DNA of 64,000 nucleotides from an uncultured candidate division Zixibacteria bacterium (GTDB lineage: Bacteria; Zixibacteria; MSB-5A5; UBA10806): contig CAWFQL010000006.1 in the NCBI GenBank assembly GCA_963817915.1, positions 160,001 through 224,000 on the forward strand, given 5' to 3'. Each line of letters begins with the position of its first letter. Within the stretch, counting starts at the first letter, position 1. Below the pieces are notes generated by a model. That model saw nothing but the letters and a program-made list of their open reading frames with translations, was not told the DNA's origin and ran no database searches. Below, in pieces: positions 42,746-52,717 of this stretch. The position numbers and the translations under genes are program-made.

Positions 42746-42870
42746 TCTAAGCACCACATCAAACACACAGTGTCAATTTAATATGATATTTGTCATTGTC
42801 AAGAGAAAATTTTCACAAATTCAAAAAATAAATGGGTCTTATCTACCATGTTTTCGGCCAAAAATATAGG

Positions 42871-44709
42871 CTATCTTAAAAATGTTAGTTTAATGGTCTT
42901 TTTGGAATGCAGAGTCCTTGTTTTTGCGAAATAAATGCCGCTAGATACTTTTTTGCCGGAAGCATCCTGGGCGTCCCATTTTATTTTGCCAATGGGTACT
43001 AATTCGATCCCCAATTTTTTTATCAATTGCCCATTGATGTTGTATATCTCGATTTCACCTCCTTCCATGTTTGAATAAGTAATTACAGTTGTCGAATTAA
43101 AGGGGTTAGGGTAGGCAGTCAGCTCAAGGACCGACGGTGACGATTCGGCGCCTTCTTCACCAATAGCATCCGGCATATAATCATAATTTACGGTTAAAAA
43201 AGTTTCGGGCGCTCCGGGAGGGTAATAGGAGATGTTGCCCGCTCTATCCTGTATTTGGTAATAATAATCCATCCTCTGACCGCTATCTATGGCTGGCAAT
43301 GCTCCTTCTAAAATTAAACCGCCGGCAGGGACCAGGCTGTCATATGCAAATGCCGAGCCTGAAATGGAATAATAAGCCAGACACCTAAGCTGCGTGGAAA
43401 TGGTTATGCCATCAATTGCCTCGATTCTTAGAGGATATGGTCCCGGATCTGGAACGTGATTAGCCAAGACTCTCGCCTTGTGAATCATTGGGGCGAGCGA
43501 ATCCGGCGAATTGAGAGTGTTGATATAAAGCCTATTAATATAATCATTGTGGCCGGTTCGGAAGTAATCATTGTCGCCATCCCGATCCAAATCGGCAATG
43601 ACCGATCCCCAGGTGTCCAACCATGTATCAGGCATTCTCTGGGCGGTTTGATCCTCAAAATAGCCATCGCCAAGATTTACAAGTAGGCTGTCTGGATGAT
43701 TCGAATCCCCTCCGCTCCATATAAAATCCACCCAGCCATCGTTATTTACGTCGCCGGCACTGATATGCTTAAAAGGGAGGCTAGGCGGATTTAAAAGCCG
43801 CTCAGAAGATTCATCAGTGAAATGTCCACTGCCGTCATTCAAATATAGAGCACAGCCAAAGTGCTTTTTCGAGACAATTATATCCAAGGATCTGTCGTTA
43901 TTTGCATCAACTACTGCCGAAGCGAATCCGCAACTGTCTGTCTGAATCCGCCCCTGGGTTTCGTCGGTAAAATAACCTTCGCCATTATTGATATAAATAC
44001 GCGCCGGATTTCCCAATTGGACATAAAGAAGATCCAAATCTAAATCACCATCAAGGTCGACCAAATAAACATTCCCCCCAAATGCACCTCCAATTTGAGA
44101 AAACCGTTCGGGATAATTCTGAAAATGACCTTGGCCATCGTTTAACAAGAGCATATCATTGAATTCTCCATATTCGTGGCTAAAAGATACGAAAACATCG
44201 AGGTCCCCATCCTCGTCGACATCCCCCCAGGTAGCACCCTGAACGGGGCCGATGCAGAATGAGGTGCGGCTGATTTCTCTATGAAAGATGCCAGTGCCAT
44301 CGTTAATTGCGATATACGCGGTATCCCTCCCTGCACTGCCTACAAAGGCGTCCAAATCTCCATCGCGATTGACATCCAGAAATTTGAAAACCTGATTGCC
44401 ATTATCGCGATAAAAAAACCAGGATGAGTCTGCCAAGGCAAAAAAACCATTCCCATCATTGAAGAAAATCTGCTCAAAACCTGGGACATAGGGGGGACCC
44501 GAAACAGATCCACAAGCAATTCCTATATCGAGATTACCATCAGAATCTATATCACCGACATCTATTTCCCATCCATCCGTATGAATATTGGGCAAGCGAA
44601 CATTTGATTCATCTACAAAGTGCCAGTCATCCTGGGCGAATACTATTGTACCGCTTAATGCTATAATTATTGCTGCCAAAAACCACGGTCTGGTCATGCT
44701 GAGCCCCAT
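42871..44709 (-). CDS. FG-GAP/VCBS repeat protein with T9SS-type sorting domain
   Basis: About seven GD.D.DGDLD repeats, signal peptide, AYPNPFN...SSGIYF tail. Confidence 0.85.
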   Translation of the reverse strand: MGLSMTRPWFLAAIIIALSGTIVFAQDDWHFVDESNVRLPNIHTDGWEIDVGDIDSDGNLDIGIACGSVSGPPYVPGFEQIFFNDGNGFFALADSSWFFYRDNGNQVFKFLDVNRDGDLDAFVGSAGRDTAYIAINDGTGIFHREISRTSFCIGPVQGATWGDVDEDGDLDVFVSFSHEYGEFNDMLLLNDGQGHFQNYPERFSQIGGAFGGNVYLVDLDGDLDLDLLYVQLGNPARIYINNGEGYFTDETQGRIQTDSCGFASAVVDANNDRSLDIIVSKKHFGCALYLNDGSGHFTDESSERLLNPPSLPFKHISAGDVNNDGWVDFIWSGGDSNHPDSLLVNLGDGYFEDQTAQRMPDTWLDTWGSVIADLDRDGDNDYFRTGHNDYINRLYINTLNSPDSLAPMIHKARVLANHVPDPGPYPLRIEAIDGITISTQLRCLAYYSISGSAFAYDSLVPAGGLILEGALPAIDSGQRMDYYYQIQDRAGNISYYPPGAPETFLTVNYDYMPDAIGEEGAESSPSVLELTAYPNPFNSTTVITYSNMEGGEIEIYNINGQLIKKLGIELVPIGKIKWDAQDASGKKVSSGIYFAKTRTLHSKKTIKLTFLR

Positions 44710-44783
44710 TGTCTTTACTCGAAACTACTTGCAATAGTATAACAGATTTTTGGGGAAATGGTATTGTTTATTTTGCAAGGAGC

Positions 44784-45100
44784 CGTAAGGAAAGGGCTCC
44801 TTACGGTGCAATAAATGATGTAGGGGCCGACCCGCGCGTTGGCCAGAAAGAGGCGGGCGTCCGCCGCGGCGGACGCCCCTACATTTGATTTGTTTTATTG
44901 ATGGCCCTTAAGGTTTGATGAATCAAACCCCCACGGGCGGATTATATCGGTAGAGACGCAAGATTTTGCGTCTCTGCAGCGGAGATTGGATTTATTATCT
45001 CGGTAGAGACATGAGATCGCATGTCTCTACATAAGTTGCTCGTGGTGTCGGGTCGCCTGACCCGACACAATACGCGGTCGGGTGGGGCCACCCAACCGCA
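44784..45100. repeat. BIME-like mosaic of at least seven REP hairpins
   Basis: GTAGGGGCC..., ...GACGCCCCTAC, GTAGAGACGC...GCGTCTCT, GTAGAGACATG...CATGTCTCTAC, GTGTCGGGTCGCCTGACCCGACAC, GCGGTCGGGTGG...CCACCCAACCGC. Confidence 0.78.
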
Positions 45101-45112
45101 CTTAAAATACTA

Positions 45113-45140
45113 AAGGGGGCCTTGTCATGCAGGCCCCCTT
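45113..45140 (-). terminator. Probable terminator
   Basis: AAGGGGGCCT/AGGCCCCCTT hairpin. Confidence 0.55.
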
Positions 45141-45204
45141 CAGAACCACATCCGGGTTCTCGCCTCGAATAGGAGAAATCATGCTTGTTCACATTGCTGT
45201 GAAA

Positions 45205-46650
45205 TCATCTCGCTTCAATAATACAATTTAAACCTTCTTCATCGAAATTCTTCTTCATCTTTTCGGCCTTCTTCATTCCGCCCGCTTCACCCAACACCAC
45301 CCAGTAATTTGACTTGCCATCGAAATATAACTTAGGCGAATACCCGAACTTCCTTAAAGTCATAATATTTTTATCCGCGGTTTCCTTATTTCCAAACCGT
45401 CCGGCACATACCATATAAACAGGCTTTGATATTTTGACAGGCTGAGCTTTTTCAACAACTGCTGAATCCGTTTTGACAGAATCCGCTAAGGTAGGTGCGG
45501 CAATTGCTACAGGTTCACCGATACTGACCGGAATCACCTGAGCTATTGGCTGCTGCTGTAACGGCTCAATCTGGGCTGCAGGCTGAACCGGAATCGGCTC
45601 TGTTGGCGCTATTGGTTGAATCTCCGGCGGCTTAATTTCTACAACCGGCTGTTCCTGAATCGGCTCGACCTTGGCTGCAGGCTGATCCTGCGATGGAATA
45701 ACGGTCGGCTCTGTTCTCTGAAATGATTTGCTCTGGCGAGCCTGGCCGAATCTAAGAACGAATGAAATTTGATGAGTGCCGCCCATGGCGTTATTGATAT
45801 TGTAAGCGTAGTCGAGGCTGTTATTCAATATATTCAAACCGGCGCCGAATGAGATACCGTTCTGGCTGTCGCCCCGGTTCTCGGAATCGTATCCGCTCCT
45901 CAGCGATAAAACACTATTATATGTGTACTCCAAGCCACCCTTGAACGCGAAATCACCGTAGAACGGCATCACGCCGCCGACCATTATAGCAAGATTGCTT
46001 CCAAATGGATAGTACGCGAAACCGGCGTTAACAGCAGTAGGCAGTGGCGATGACGAGGCCGCGTATTTGATCTTCGGGCCAAGATTGACTAATGATAATC
46101 CCGCCGCGTAACTAAATGAACGATATTGAAGGCCAATATCACCAGCAATACCGCTGGCGGTGATATCATCTAATTTTTCGTTGATCCATTTCGCGCCCAA
46201 CCCCACACTTAGAGCCGGCGATATCTGGTAACCATAAGATAATCCTGTTGCCATATCGTAAGCCGAAATATCGCCGGTCGGTGTGTTCGTAGCCGAATAT
46301 CCCTTTATTTCACCCATCGAAAGATATGAAAACGATAGCCCCAGCCCCCCTCGTTGGCCTGTAGGCATCGCATATCCTATATATTCATAACGAAGATCTT
46401 GCAGCCATTCGGAATGCATTCCGGCCACCTGTATATTCTCGACAGTAGCCAATCCGGCAGGATTATAATAGCACGAGGTCGGGCCATCGGAAATCGCAGT
46501 CAACGCCCCTCCAGTCGCCGCGGACCTGGCGCTTACACCTATATTTAAAAAATCCGCTGCCGATGTCCCCGCCCTCGTACCTGCAAGAACATTTGTAAAT
46601 GATACCAGTATTTTGAATAAAATCGAAAATATCGAGTTTCTGATTTTCAT
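45205..46650 (-). CDS. PorV/PorQ-family beta-barrel fused through a Pro/Gln linker to a SPOR domain
   Basis: ADFLNIGVSARSAATGGA, YYNPAGLA, HSEWL, GGTHQISF; P/Q/E/I-rich linker; YMVCAGRFGNKETA...YWVVLG. Confidence 0.82.
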   Translation of the reverse strand: MKIRNSIFSILFKILVSFTNVLAGTRAGTSAADFLNIGVSARSAATGGALTAISDGPTSCYYNPAGLATVENIQVAGMHSEWLQDLRYEYIGYAMPTGQRGGLGLSFSYLSMGEIKGYSATNTPTGDISAYDMATGLSYGYQISPALSVGLGAKWINEKLDDITASGIAGDIGLQYRSFSYAAGLSLVNLGPKIKYAASSSPLPTAVNAGFAYYPFGSNLAIMVGGVMPFYGDFAFKGGLEYTYNSVLSLRSGYDSENRGDSQNGISFGAGLNILNNSLDYAYNINNAMGGTHQISFVLRFGQARQSKSFQRTEPTVIPSQDQPAAKVEPIQEQPVVEIKPPEIQPIAPTEPIPVQPAAQIEPLQQQPIAQVIPVSIGEPVAIAAPTLADSVKTDSAVVEKAQPVKISKPVYMVCAGRFGNKETADKNIMTLRKFGYSPKLYFDGKSNYWVVLGEAGGMKKAEKMKKNFDEEGLNCIIEAR

Positions 46651-46681
46651 CATGCCTCCCATTCGATACCGCTAAGAATTA

Positions 46682-46698
46682 GGCAAACAGCATGCCGA
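46682..46698 (-). promoter_or_regulatory. sigma54 (-24/-12) promoter
   Basis: TCGGCATGCTGTTTGCC is GG-N10-GC about 30 nt upstream of the PorV-SPOR start. Confidence 0.6.
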
Positions 46699-47061
46699 AC
46701 GAGGCAGATGTTGAAACATCTATAACTCATTATTATTATTTGATTTATAAAAAGCTATCATCACGTTTCTTGGCCATTATTATAAATATCTGCCATATTA
46801 ACAGGCAGCCATTTCCTCCTTTTATAAGGGATATGGACGTGTTTGTCGAGAAAATTCTCAGCGAAATTTATAAGGCCTTATCCCCTATTAGGTTTGAATG
46901 GTTCAAATTCGGCCATATTCGCATGCTCAAAATTTGATCAGAATTATGGGGTTGAACAGCGAAATGGTTGTATCTGGAAGACCACTCAACATCGTAATAA
47001 TGACTTATTTGGCTCTCACAATATCCTTGACTTTGTAACTGTCCTGCAATAAAAAATCGAT

Positions 47062-48300
47062 ATGAAAAAAATAATGATATTTTCGATGATTTTGGCGGCG
47101 TGCAGTTCGCTGAATGCCGCTACGATTTATGTGGATGACATCAACGATAAGCAACGCGGCACCGGTAGCCTTAACGATCCCTATCGCGATCTTCAGATAG
47201 CATTCGATAATGCAATCGATGAGGACACAATTCTTATCGCCAATGGTACCTATTCCTCGAAAGGATATGCCTTCAATGATTCACTGTGTGGGAATTGTCA
47301 GGCTCATAAGACCAATGTCAAAACCAGCCGCGGCTTCATGATAAAGGATAAGGGTCTTGTGATAATTGGCGAAACGATCGATTCAACAATTCTTATTACT
47401 AATGCCGGTTACGGATTATTATTTATCGATTGTGGAATTTCCGAGATTCGCAATCTCAAAATCACCGGCGGAATTCGCGATCTCGATGGCGGCGCCACCG
47501 ACGCCGGAATTGTAGTCAAATGGGGCCGTCTTACAATCGATAATTGCCTGATAAGCGACAACACAAAACGTCCAGATTCTATCGTCGTAGGAATTGGCGG
47601 GATAATGGGCCGCGAGGGTGCGGAGCTGATTATCACCAATAATCGAATCGAAAATAATTCCTGGGACGGTATCGCGTTATATCGCGGATCAAATGCTTAT
47701 ATCGCGGACAATATTATTAATGGCGGCCGCGGCGCCGGTATCGGTATCACCTGGGACGCTACCGCCACAATTTTGCGAAATAGAATTACGAATTATTGGA
47801 AGGGCATCGGATCATTTGGCGATACGAGAGTAATCTGCTCCAATAACGCGGTCTACAATAATTTGGGATGGGGAATTATAGCCACCGGCACATCATATAT
47901 GGATGCCACCAATAATATTGTATTTCACAATGGCAATTGCGGCATGGCGATATGGGGCGATGAGTGTACCGGCAGATTTTCGAATAATGTCATTGTCGAT
48001 AACGGATGGCGCGATCAATGGGTCTGCCCCTGTGTCGGTATCTGGAATGCCGGGAAGCTTTTTAATTTCGATGTCTCATATAATAATGTCTGGAATAATA
48101 AAAATGGCCAGTATGGCGAAATGCCTGATTATTCCGACAGAAATGGCAATGTAAGTATCGATCCGAAATTCATTGATACCGATAGTTTTAAATTGGCTCC
48201 TGATTCGCCCATGATAAATAAGGGGAATCCGTTGATTTCTGATCCTGACGGTTCAAACTCCGATATCGGACTTTATGGCGGCCCCAAGGCCAAACGATGA
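47062..48300 (+). CDS. Secreted right-handed parallel beta-helix protein
   Basis: Signal peptide, GTGSLNDPYRDLQ, Asn-ladder repeats, DPDGSNSDIGLYGG. Confidence 0.8.
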   Translation: MKKIMIFSMILAACSSLNAATIYVDDINDKQRGTGSLNDPYRDLQIAFDNAIDEDTILIANGTYSSKGYAFNDSLCGNCQAHKTNVKTSRGFMIKDKGLVIIGETIDSTILITNAGYGLLFIDCGISEIRNLKITGGIRDLDGGATDAGIVVKWGRLTIDNCLISDNTKRPDSIVVGIGGIMGREGAELIITNNRIENNSWDGIALYRGSNAYIADNIINGGRGAGIGITWDATATILRNRITNYWKGIGSFGDTRVICSNNAVYNNLGWGIIATGTSYMDATNNIVFHNGNCGMAIWGDECTGRFSNNVIVDNGWRDQWVCPCVGIWNAGKLFNFDVSYNNVWNNKNGQYGEMPDYSDRNGNVSIDPKFIDTDSFKLAPDSPMINKGNPLISDPDGSNSDIGLYGGPKAKR

Positions 48301-48326
48301 TCTCTAGATATTAAAGAAGACCTGTG

Positions 48327-48392
48327 CTGTCGGGTCGCCTGACCCGACAGAAAAGACCTGCGCGAAGGTGTCGGGTGAGGCCACCCGACACC
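48327..48392. repeat. REP pair
   Basis: CTGTCGGGTCGCCTGACCCGACAG and GGTGTCGGGTGAGGCCACCCGACACC; same pair as at 45045-45099. Confidence 0.75.
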
Positions 48393-48422
48393 ACGAAAAA
48401 GGGCACTCAACGCACGAGTACT

Positions 48423-50330
48423 ATGACCGATTTGAATAATAACCTGAATCACGATCATCACGAATCTATGGCCGAGACGCACTCATCGGTATCTGTGAAA
48501 TATACGTCATCGTGGCGCAGGCTGTGGGCGTTCATAGGCCCGGCCTATCTGATAAGTGTTGGCTACATGGATCCCGGAAACTGGGCAACCGATATCGAGG
48601 CTGGGTCTCGTTTCGGGTATACATTGATTTGGGTGCTTTTGATGTCGAACATGATGGCTGTCCTGCTCCAGACATTGGCGGCCAGATTAGGCATTGTTAC
48701 AGGCAAGGACCTCGCACAGGCCTGCCGTGCGGAATATGGCAAGCGATTAAGCATTTTCCAATGGATGCTGGCAGAGGTTGCTATTGCCGCCTGCGATCTG
48801 GCGGAAGCGCTTGGCACAATTTTCGGATTAAATTTGCTATTTGGGTTGCCGCTTTTATGGGGCTGCGTCGTGACAGCATTTGATACATTGCTGCTTCTGG
48901 CCATTCAACGTTTCGGAATTAGAAAGCTCGAAGCTTTGATTATAATGATGATCAGCACAATTGGATTTTGCTTTTTCATAGAAGTATTTCTCGCCAAGCC
49001 TGAATGGGGCGGAATATTGTCGGGAGTAATGCCCAATATCAGCAAGGAAAGCTTGTATATAGCGATTGGCATAATCGGAGCTACTGTCATGCCTCATAAT
49101 CTATATCTGCATTCGTCATTGGTTCAGTCGCGTCAAATCGAAAAAGGTGTTATCAGCAAGGCTCAGGCATGCAAATATAATTTTGTCGATTCAGTAGTCG
49201 CCTTGAATGGGGCCTTTTTGGTCAATTGCGCTATCTTGGTAATGGCGGCGGCCGATTTTTTCCGTAATGGAATTATCGTAACCGAAATTCAGCAGGCCCA
49301 TTCCATTTTGGATACTGTGCTCGGAGGCTCTATCGGACCATTAGTGTTCGCTATAGCACTGCTGGCGGCGGGACAAAGCTCGACTATAACAGGAACAATG
49401 GCAGGGCAGGTAGTTATGGAAGGCTTTGTTGATCTCAGGATTAAGCCCTGGATAAGAAGATTGATTACGAGGTTGATAGCATTGACACCAGCCGTAATTG
49501 TTATCGCGTTAACCGGTCAGAGCGGAAGCTACAGCCTCCTGATCTGGAGCCAGGTGATTCTGAGCCTGCAATTGCCATTTGCGATAATCCCGCTTCTGCA
49601 TTTTACATCGGATAGAATGAAGATGGGGGCATTTGCAAATAAGCATTGGGTTTTGATACTCGGGTGGCTTACGGCCGCGATTATCGTCATACTTAATGCT
49701 GGTCTTCTGTACTCACAAATTTCCCAATGGCTTTCCGGCAGCGAAACTACCAGGCTCCTTACCTGGACAATCGCAATCCCGATAATCATAATTTGCGCGG
49801 CTGTCCTTGTTTGGCTGGCCGTTATCCCTTATGTGAGGGGACGAAAAAGCTGGGTCGCCAAGCCGACAACACTTGACCGGATAGCAGTGGTTGCGCCTGA
49901 CAAAGAGATTTTTACCAATATCGGAGTGGCGCTTGATAATTCCCCGATCGATGAGCTCGTAATTTCGCGCGCCATGTCGTTGGCCAAAACCCATAAGGCC
50001 GAGTTAACATTGATTCATGTTTCAGATTCCATCGGAGTCCAGGTTTATGGCGATGACACCCGCGATGAGCATGCCCGCGCCGATTCAGAATATATTTTCG
50101 AAGTCGTAGCTATTCTCAGGCAAGAAGGATACAATGCTAAGGCGGTTTTGCGAATCGGCAAACCATCGCCTGAAATTATAAAGGCGGCCCGCGAAGAGAA
50201 AATTGACTTGCTAATCATGGGATCGCACGGCCATAAATTTTTCGGCGATATGTTTTTCGGCGAGACATCGTCGACAGTCCGTCATAATCTGGATATTCCG
50301 ACATTGGTAGTTAAGCCGAAGAAGAATTAA
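48423..50330 (+). CDS. mntH: Nramp divalent metal transporter with C-terminal universal stress protein domain
   Basis: YMDPGNW, GATVMPHNLYLHS, DLLIMGSHGH; start moved to ATG 48423 because the upstream part is REP sequence. Confidence 0.92.
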   Translation: MTDLNNNLNHDHHESMAETHSSVSVKYTSSWRRLWAFIGPAYLISVGYMDPGNWATDIEAGSRFGYTLIWVLLMSNMMAVLLQTLAARLGIVTGKDLAQACRAEYGKRLSIFQWMLAEVAIAACDLAEALGTIFGLNLLFGLPLLWGCVVTAFDTLLLLAIQRFGIRKLEALIIMMISTIGFCFFIEVFLAKPEWGGILSGVMPNISKESLYIAIGIIGATVMPHNLYLHSSLVQSRQIEKGVISKAQACKYNFVDSVVALNGAFLVNCAILVMAAADFFRNGIIVTEIQQAHSILDTVLGGSIGPLVFAIALLAAGQSSTITGTMAGQVVMEGFVDLRIKPWIRRLITRLIALTPAVIVIALTGQSGSYSLLIWSQVILSLQLPFAIIPLLHFTSDRMKMGAFANKHWVLILGWLTAAIIVILNAGLLYSQISQWLSGSETTRLLTWTIAIPIIIICAAVLVWLAVIPYVRGRKSWVAKPTTLDRIAVVAPDKEIFTNIGVALDNSPIDELVISRAMSLAKTHKAELTLIHVSDSIGVQVYGDDTRDEHARADSEYIFEVVAILRQEGYNAKAVLRIGKPSPEIIKAAREEKIDLLIMGSHGHKFFGDMFFGETSSTVRHNLDIPTLVVKPKKN

Positions 50331-50432
50331 TCTATTAATACTCTCTATGGCGAACGTCTTTGCAAATCCGTCAATAGCCGGATTTACATTCCGGCAGCTG
50401 CGGGACAAAGCAACATGAAAGAAGCAACCCAC

Positions 50433-50556
50433 AGATTGCTTCGAAGTTCGCCAGGGGCGAACTTCTCGCAATGACACATATTTAAAATATCGAAATAAAT
50501 TCAATTTTATTTTTATAAAATAAGAAGGAAAGGGCGGCATTTTGTAATGCCGCCCC
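50433..50556. repeat. Half REP-like element and bidirectional terminator-like hairpin
   Basis: GATTGCTTCG...TCGCAATGAC; GGGCGGCATT/AATGCCGCCC. Confidence 0.6.
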
Positions 50557-50585
50557 TGACTTAATAGAATCTCATAAGATTAAAT

Positions 50586-51794
50586 TTAGTTTTGCGCCTG
50601 GCCCACGATATTGAATGTATCCTCGGCAATTATCAATTCCTCGTTGGTCGGAATAGCTAATACCCTGACGCGCGAATCTTTGGTTGTGATATCCATTTCC
50701 TTTTTAACGGCCATTGCATTGGCATTGGAATCGATTTTGACGCCGAGATATTCAAGGTTCGTGCAGCATTTCTCCCTGATTATTGGCGAATTTTCACCGA
50801 CTCCTGCGGTAAATACGATGCAATCCACTCCGCCTAACGCCGCGGTGTAGGCACCGATGTATTTCCTAATTCGATAGCAATATATATCCAATGCCAATTT
50901 CGCCATTTCGTTGCCTTCATCAGATGCCCTGAGAATATCTCTGACATCGGATGAAATCCCGGATATTCCCTGCAGGCCGGAATGCTTGTTTAGTAGAGTA
51001 TTGGCTTCATGCAATGATAGCTCTTCACGTCCCATGATATTAAGTATGATTGCTGGATCAACATCGCCACATCTGGTGCCCATTACGAGACCTTCCAAAG
51101 GTGTAAATCCCATCGATGTATCAATGGCGACTCCATTGAGGAACGCGCTCATGGAACAGCCATTTCCGAGGTGAGCGGTAATCACTTTCATCTGATTCAA
51201 TGGCTTTCCCAATATTTGCGCCGCTCTGCGCGAAACATAAAAATGAGACATGCCGTGAAATCCATATCGTCTGATCTGATATTTCTTGTACAGAATATAT
51301 GGCAATGGATAGATATAGGCGTACTTTGGCATCTTGGAATACAATGCCGTATCGAATACCGCCACCTGGGGAACGTCCGGCAAAATTTTTCGGACCGCGT
51401 TTATTCCCCGCAGATTATGGGGGTTATGCAATGGCGCCAAATCGATACATTGGCGGACCTTCTGCATGACATCGTCATTAATCAAAACCGAATTGGGAAA
51501 TGCCTCGCCGCCGTGAACCACTCGATGACCGACCGCGCTGATCTCTTCCTTGCTTTTAATGACGCCATGATTAGGCGAAAGCAAAATCGTGACGACATGC
51601 TCAATAGCCACAATATGATCTAAAATCTCGCCGGCAATTTTAATCTCCGGCCTGTCGAATGGCTTATGCGACAGCACGGCCGCCGACATTCCGATTCGAG
51701 ATACATCACCGGACGCCAATCGTTTGCCATCGGGCATATCCAGGAGTTGATATTTTACCGACGATGATCCGCAATTTAGAATTAATATTTTCAT
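50586..51794 (-). CDS. ackA: Acetate kinase
   Basis: LNCGSSSVKYQ, GHRVVHGG, APLHNP, RRYGFHG, PTNEE. Confidence 0.96.
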   Translation of the reverse strand: MKILILNCGSSSVKYQLLDMPDGKRLASGDVSRIGMSAAVLSHKPFDRPEIKIAGEILDHIVAIEHVVTILLSPNHGVIKSKEEISAVGHRVVHGGEAFPNSVLINDDVMQKVRQCIDLAPLHNPHNLRGINAVRKILPDVPQVAVFDTALYSKMPKYAYIYPLPYILYKKYQIRRYGFHGMSHFYVSRRAAQILGKPLNQMKVITAHLGNGCSMSAFLNGVAIDTSMGFTPLEGLVMGTRCGDVDPAIILNIMGREELSLHEANTLLNKHSGLQGISGISSDVRDILRASDEGNEMAKLALDIYCYRIRKYIGAYTAALGGVDCIVFTAGVGENSPIIREKCCTNLEYLGVKIDSNANAMAVKKEMDITTKDSRVRVLAIPTNEELIIAEDTFNIVGQAQN

Positions 51795-51886
51795 CTCACA
51801 CCACCCTAAGCTCGCTACACACCATTTAGAACAATTTTAAATCCACATATTAAAAGGAGTACAATTATCTATTTTCTCGGAAAAAA

Positions 51887-52453
51887 TCACCCGGTTTCAG
51901 CATTATCAAGAATCTTCGCCAATAACTTTTCAACGTCCAATTTATTTGCCCAAAGCTTCAAGTAACCGAGATCGAGATTCTTGGATCTAATTTCATAAAT
52001 CCTTAAAGCATCAGTATATTGTTTTTCGCTTCCACCCATCATTTTGGCCCACTTTAATTTGGCCAGTATAGTATCTTCGGGGCTTGATACTCGAATTTTA
52101 TCGCCATAAAAATCTTGAAATATTGCTCTGGAAAAACGGGATTCATCAAACGGTTCTTCCGTCAATATCCAGAAATCTACTTTTTGACCACTTGAAATAT
52201 CGATAAGATTAAACATTGATTTGCCATCGATCGCCTGAAGAATACTGTCTTTATCCAAATAAAAATCGGGGGCAGGAAATAACTCTACAAGTTTATCGGT
52301 CATTTTCTTTTTCATACTAATAACTAAATCAATATCGTGTGTCGCTCTTGGTTCGCCATAAAAGCTTGATGCTATGGAACCCGTAACCATGTACTCGCAT
52401 CCTATAGAGTTCAAGGCATTTATGACTTTAATTACCAGTTCCGATTGTGACAT
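51887..52453 (-). CDS. Pol-beta-fold nucleotidyltransferase (putative toxin)
   Basis: YMVTGSIAS..YGEPRATHDIDLV, SPEDTILAKL, KQYTD. Confidence 0.75.
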   Translation of the reverse strand: MSQSELVIKVINALNSIGCEYMVTGSIASSFYGEPRATHDIDLVISMKKKMTDKLVELFPAPDFYLDKDSILQAIDGKSMFNLIDISSGQKVDFWILTEEPFDESRFSRAIFQDFYGDKIRVSSPEDTILAKLKWAKMMGGSEKQYTDALRIYEIRSKNLDLGYLKLWANKLDVEKLLAKILDNAETG

Positions 52454-52662
52454 TTTTCCAGCCGTTTTAAGTATAATTTATGAAGCTCTTCTTCTGATAA
52501 TTCAGGGAAGGCCTGTTTCAATCCCTGGTAGAAAAGCCCACGAACATAATCGGATAATTCGAAAGTTCGTCTGACTCTCTGCTCGGGAGTCATATTGCGC
52601 AGAACCTCGATATATTTCTTGTGATTAGGATCGGGCTTTTTCTTAAATTGATCGAAAATCAT
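52432..52662 (-). CDS. Small helical protein overlapping the nucleotidyltransferase (putative antitoxin)
   Basis: LRNMTPEQRV...FPELSEEEL; 22-nt overlap with the downstream gene. Confidence 0.6.
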   Translation of the reverse strand: MIFDQFKKKPDPNHKKYIEVLRNMTPEQRVRRTFELSDYVRGLFYQGLKQAFPELSEEELHKLYLKRLEKCHNRNW

Positions 52663-52717
52663 TTATTTGCAATCCTATTCGACAAAAAATAATTTAGTAG
52701 CCCCGCACTTGATAAAT

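Larger units (their letters stand above)
42631..42772 (-). ncRNA. Candidate GU-rich small RNA
   Basis: C-free GU-rich tract, own terminator, TTGACA boxes upstream; no family recognised. Confidence 0.35.

Noticed and set aside
42712..42759. Minus-strand mini-ORF MWCLDCEEIHNTFWV-UGA as a Sec leader peptide
   Set aside because: No RBS or known homology; Cys/Trp/Val content and UGA codons are expected by chance in a GU-rich tract.
42400..44709. Genomic island integrated at selC
   Set aside because: The tRNA 3' end faces selD, no duplicated tRNA end was seen, and there is no integrase.
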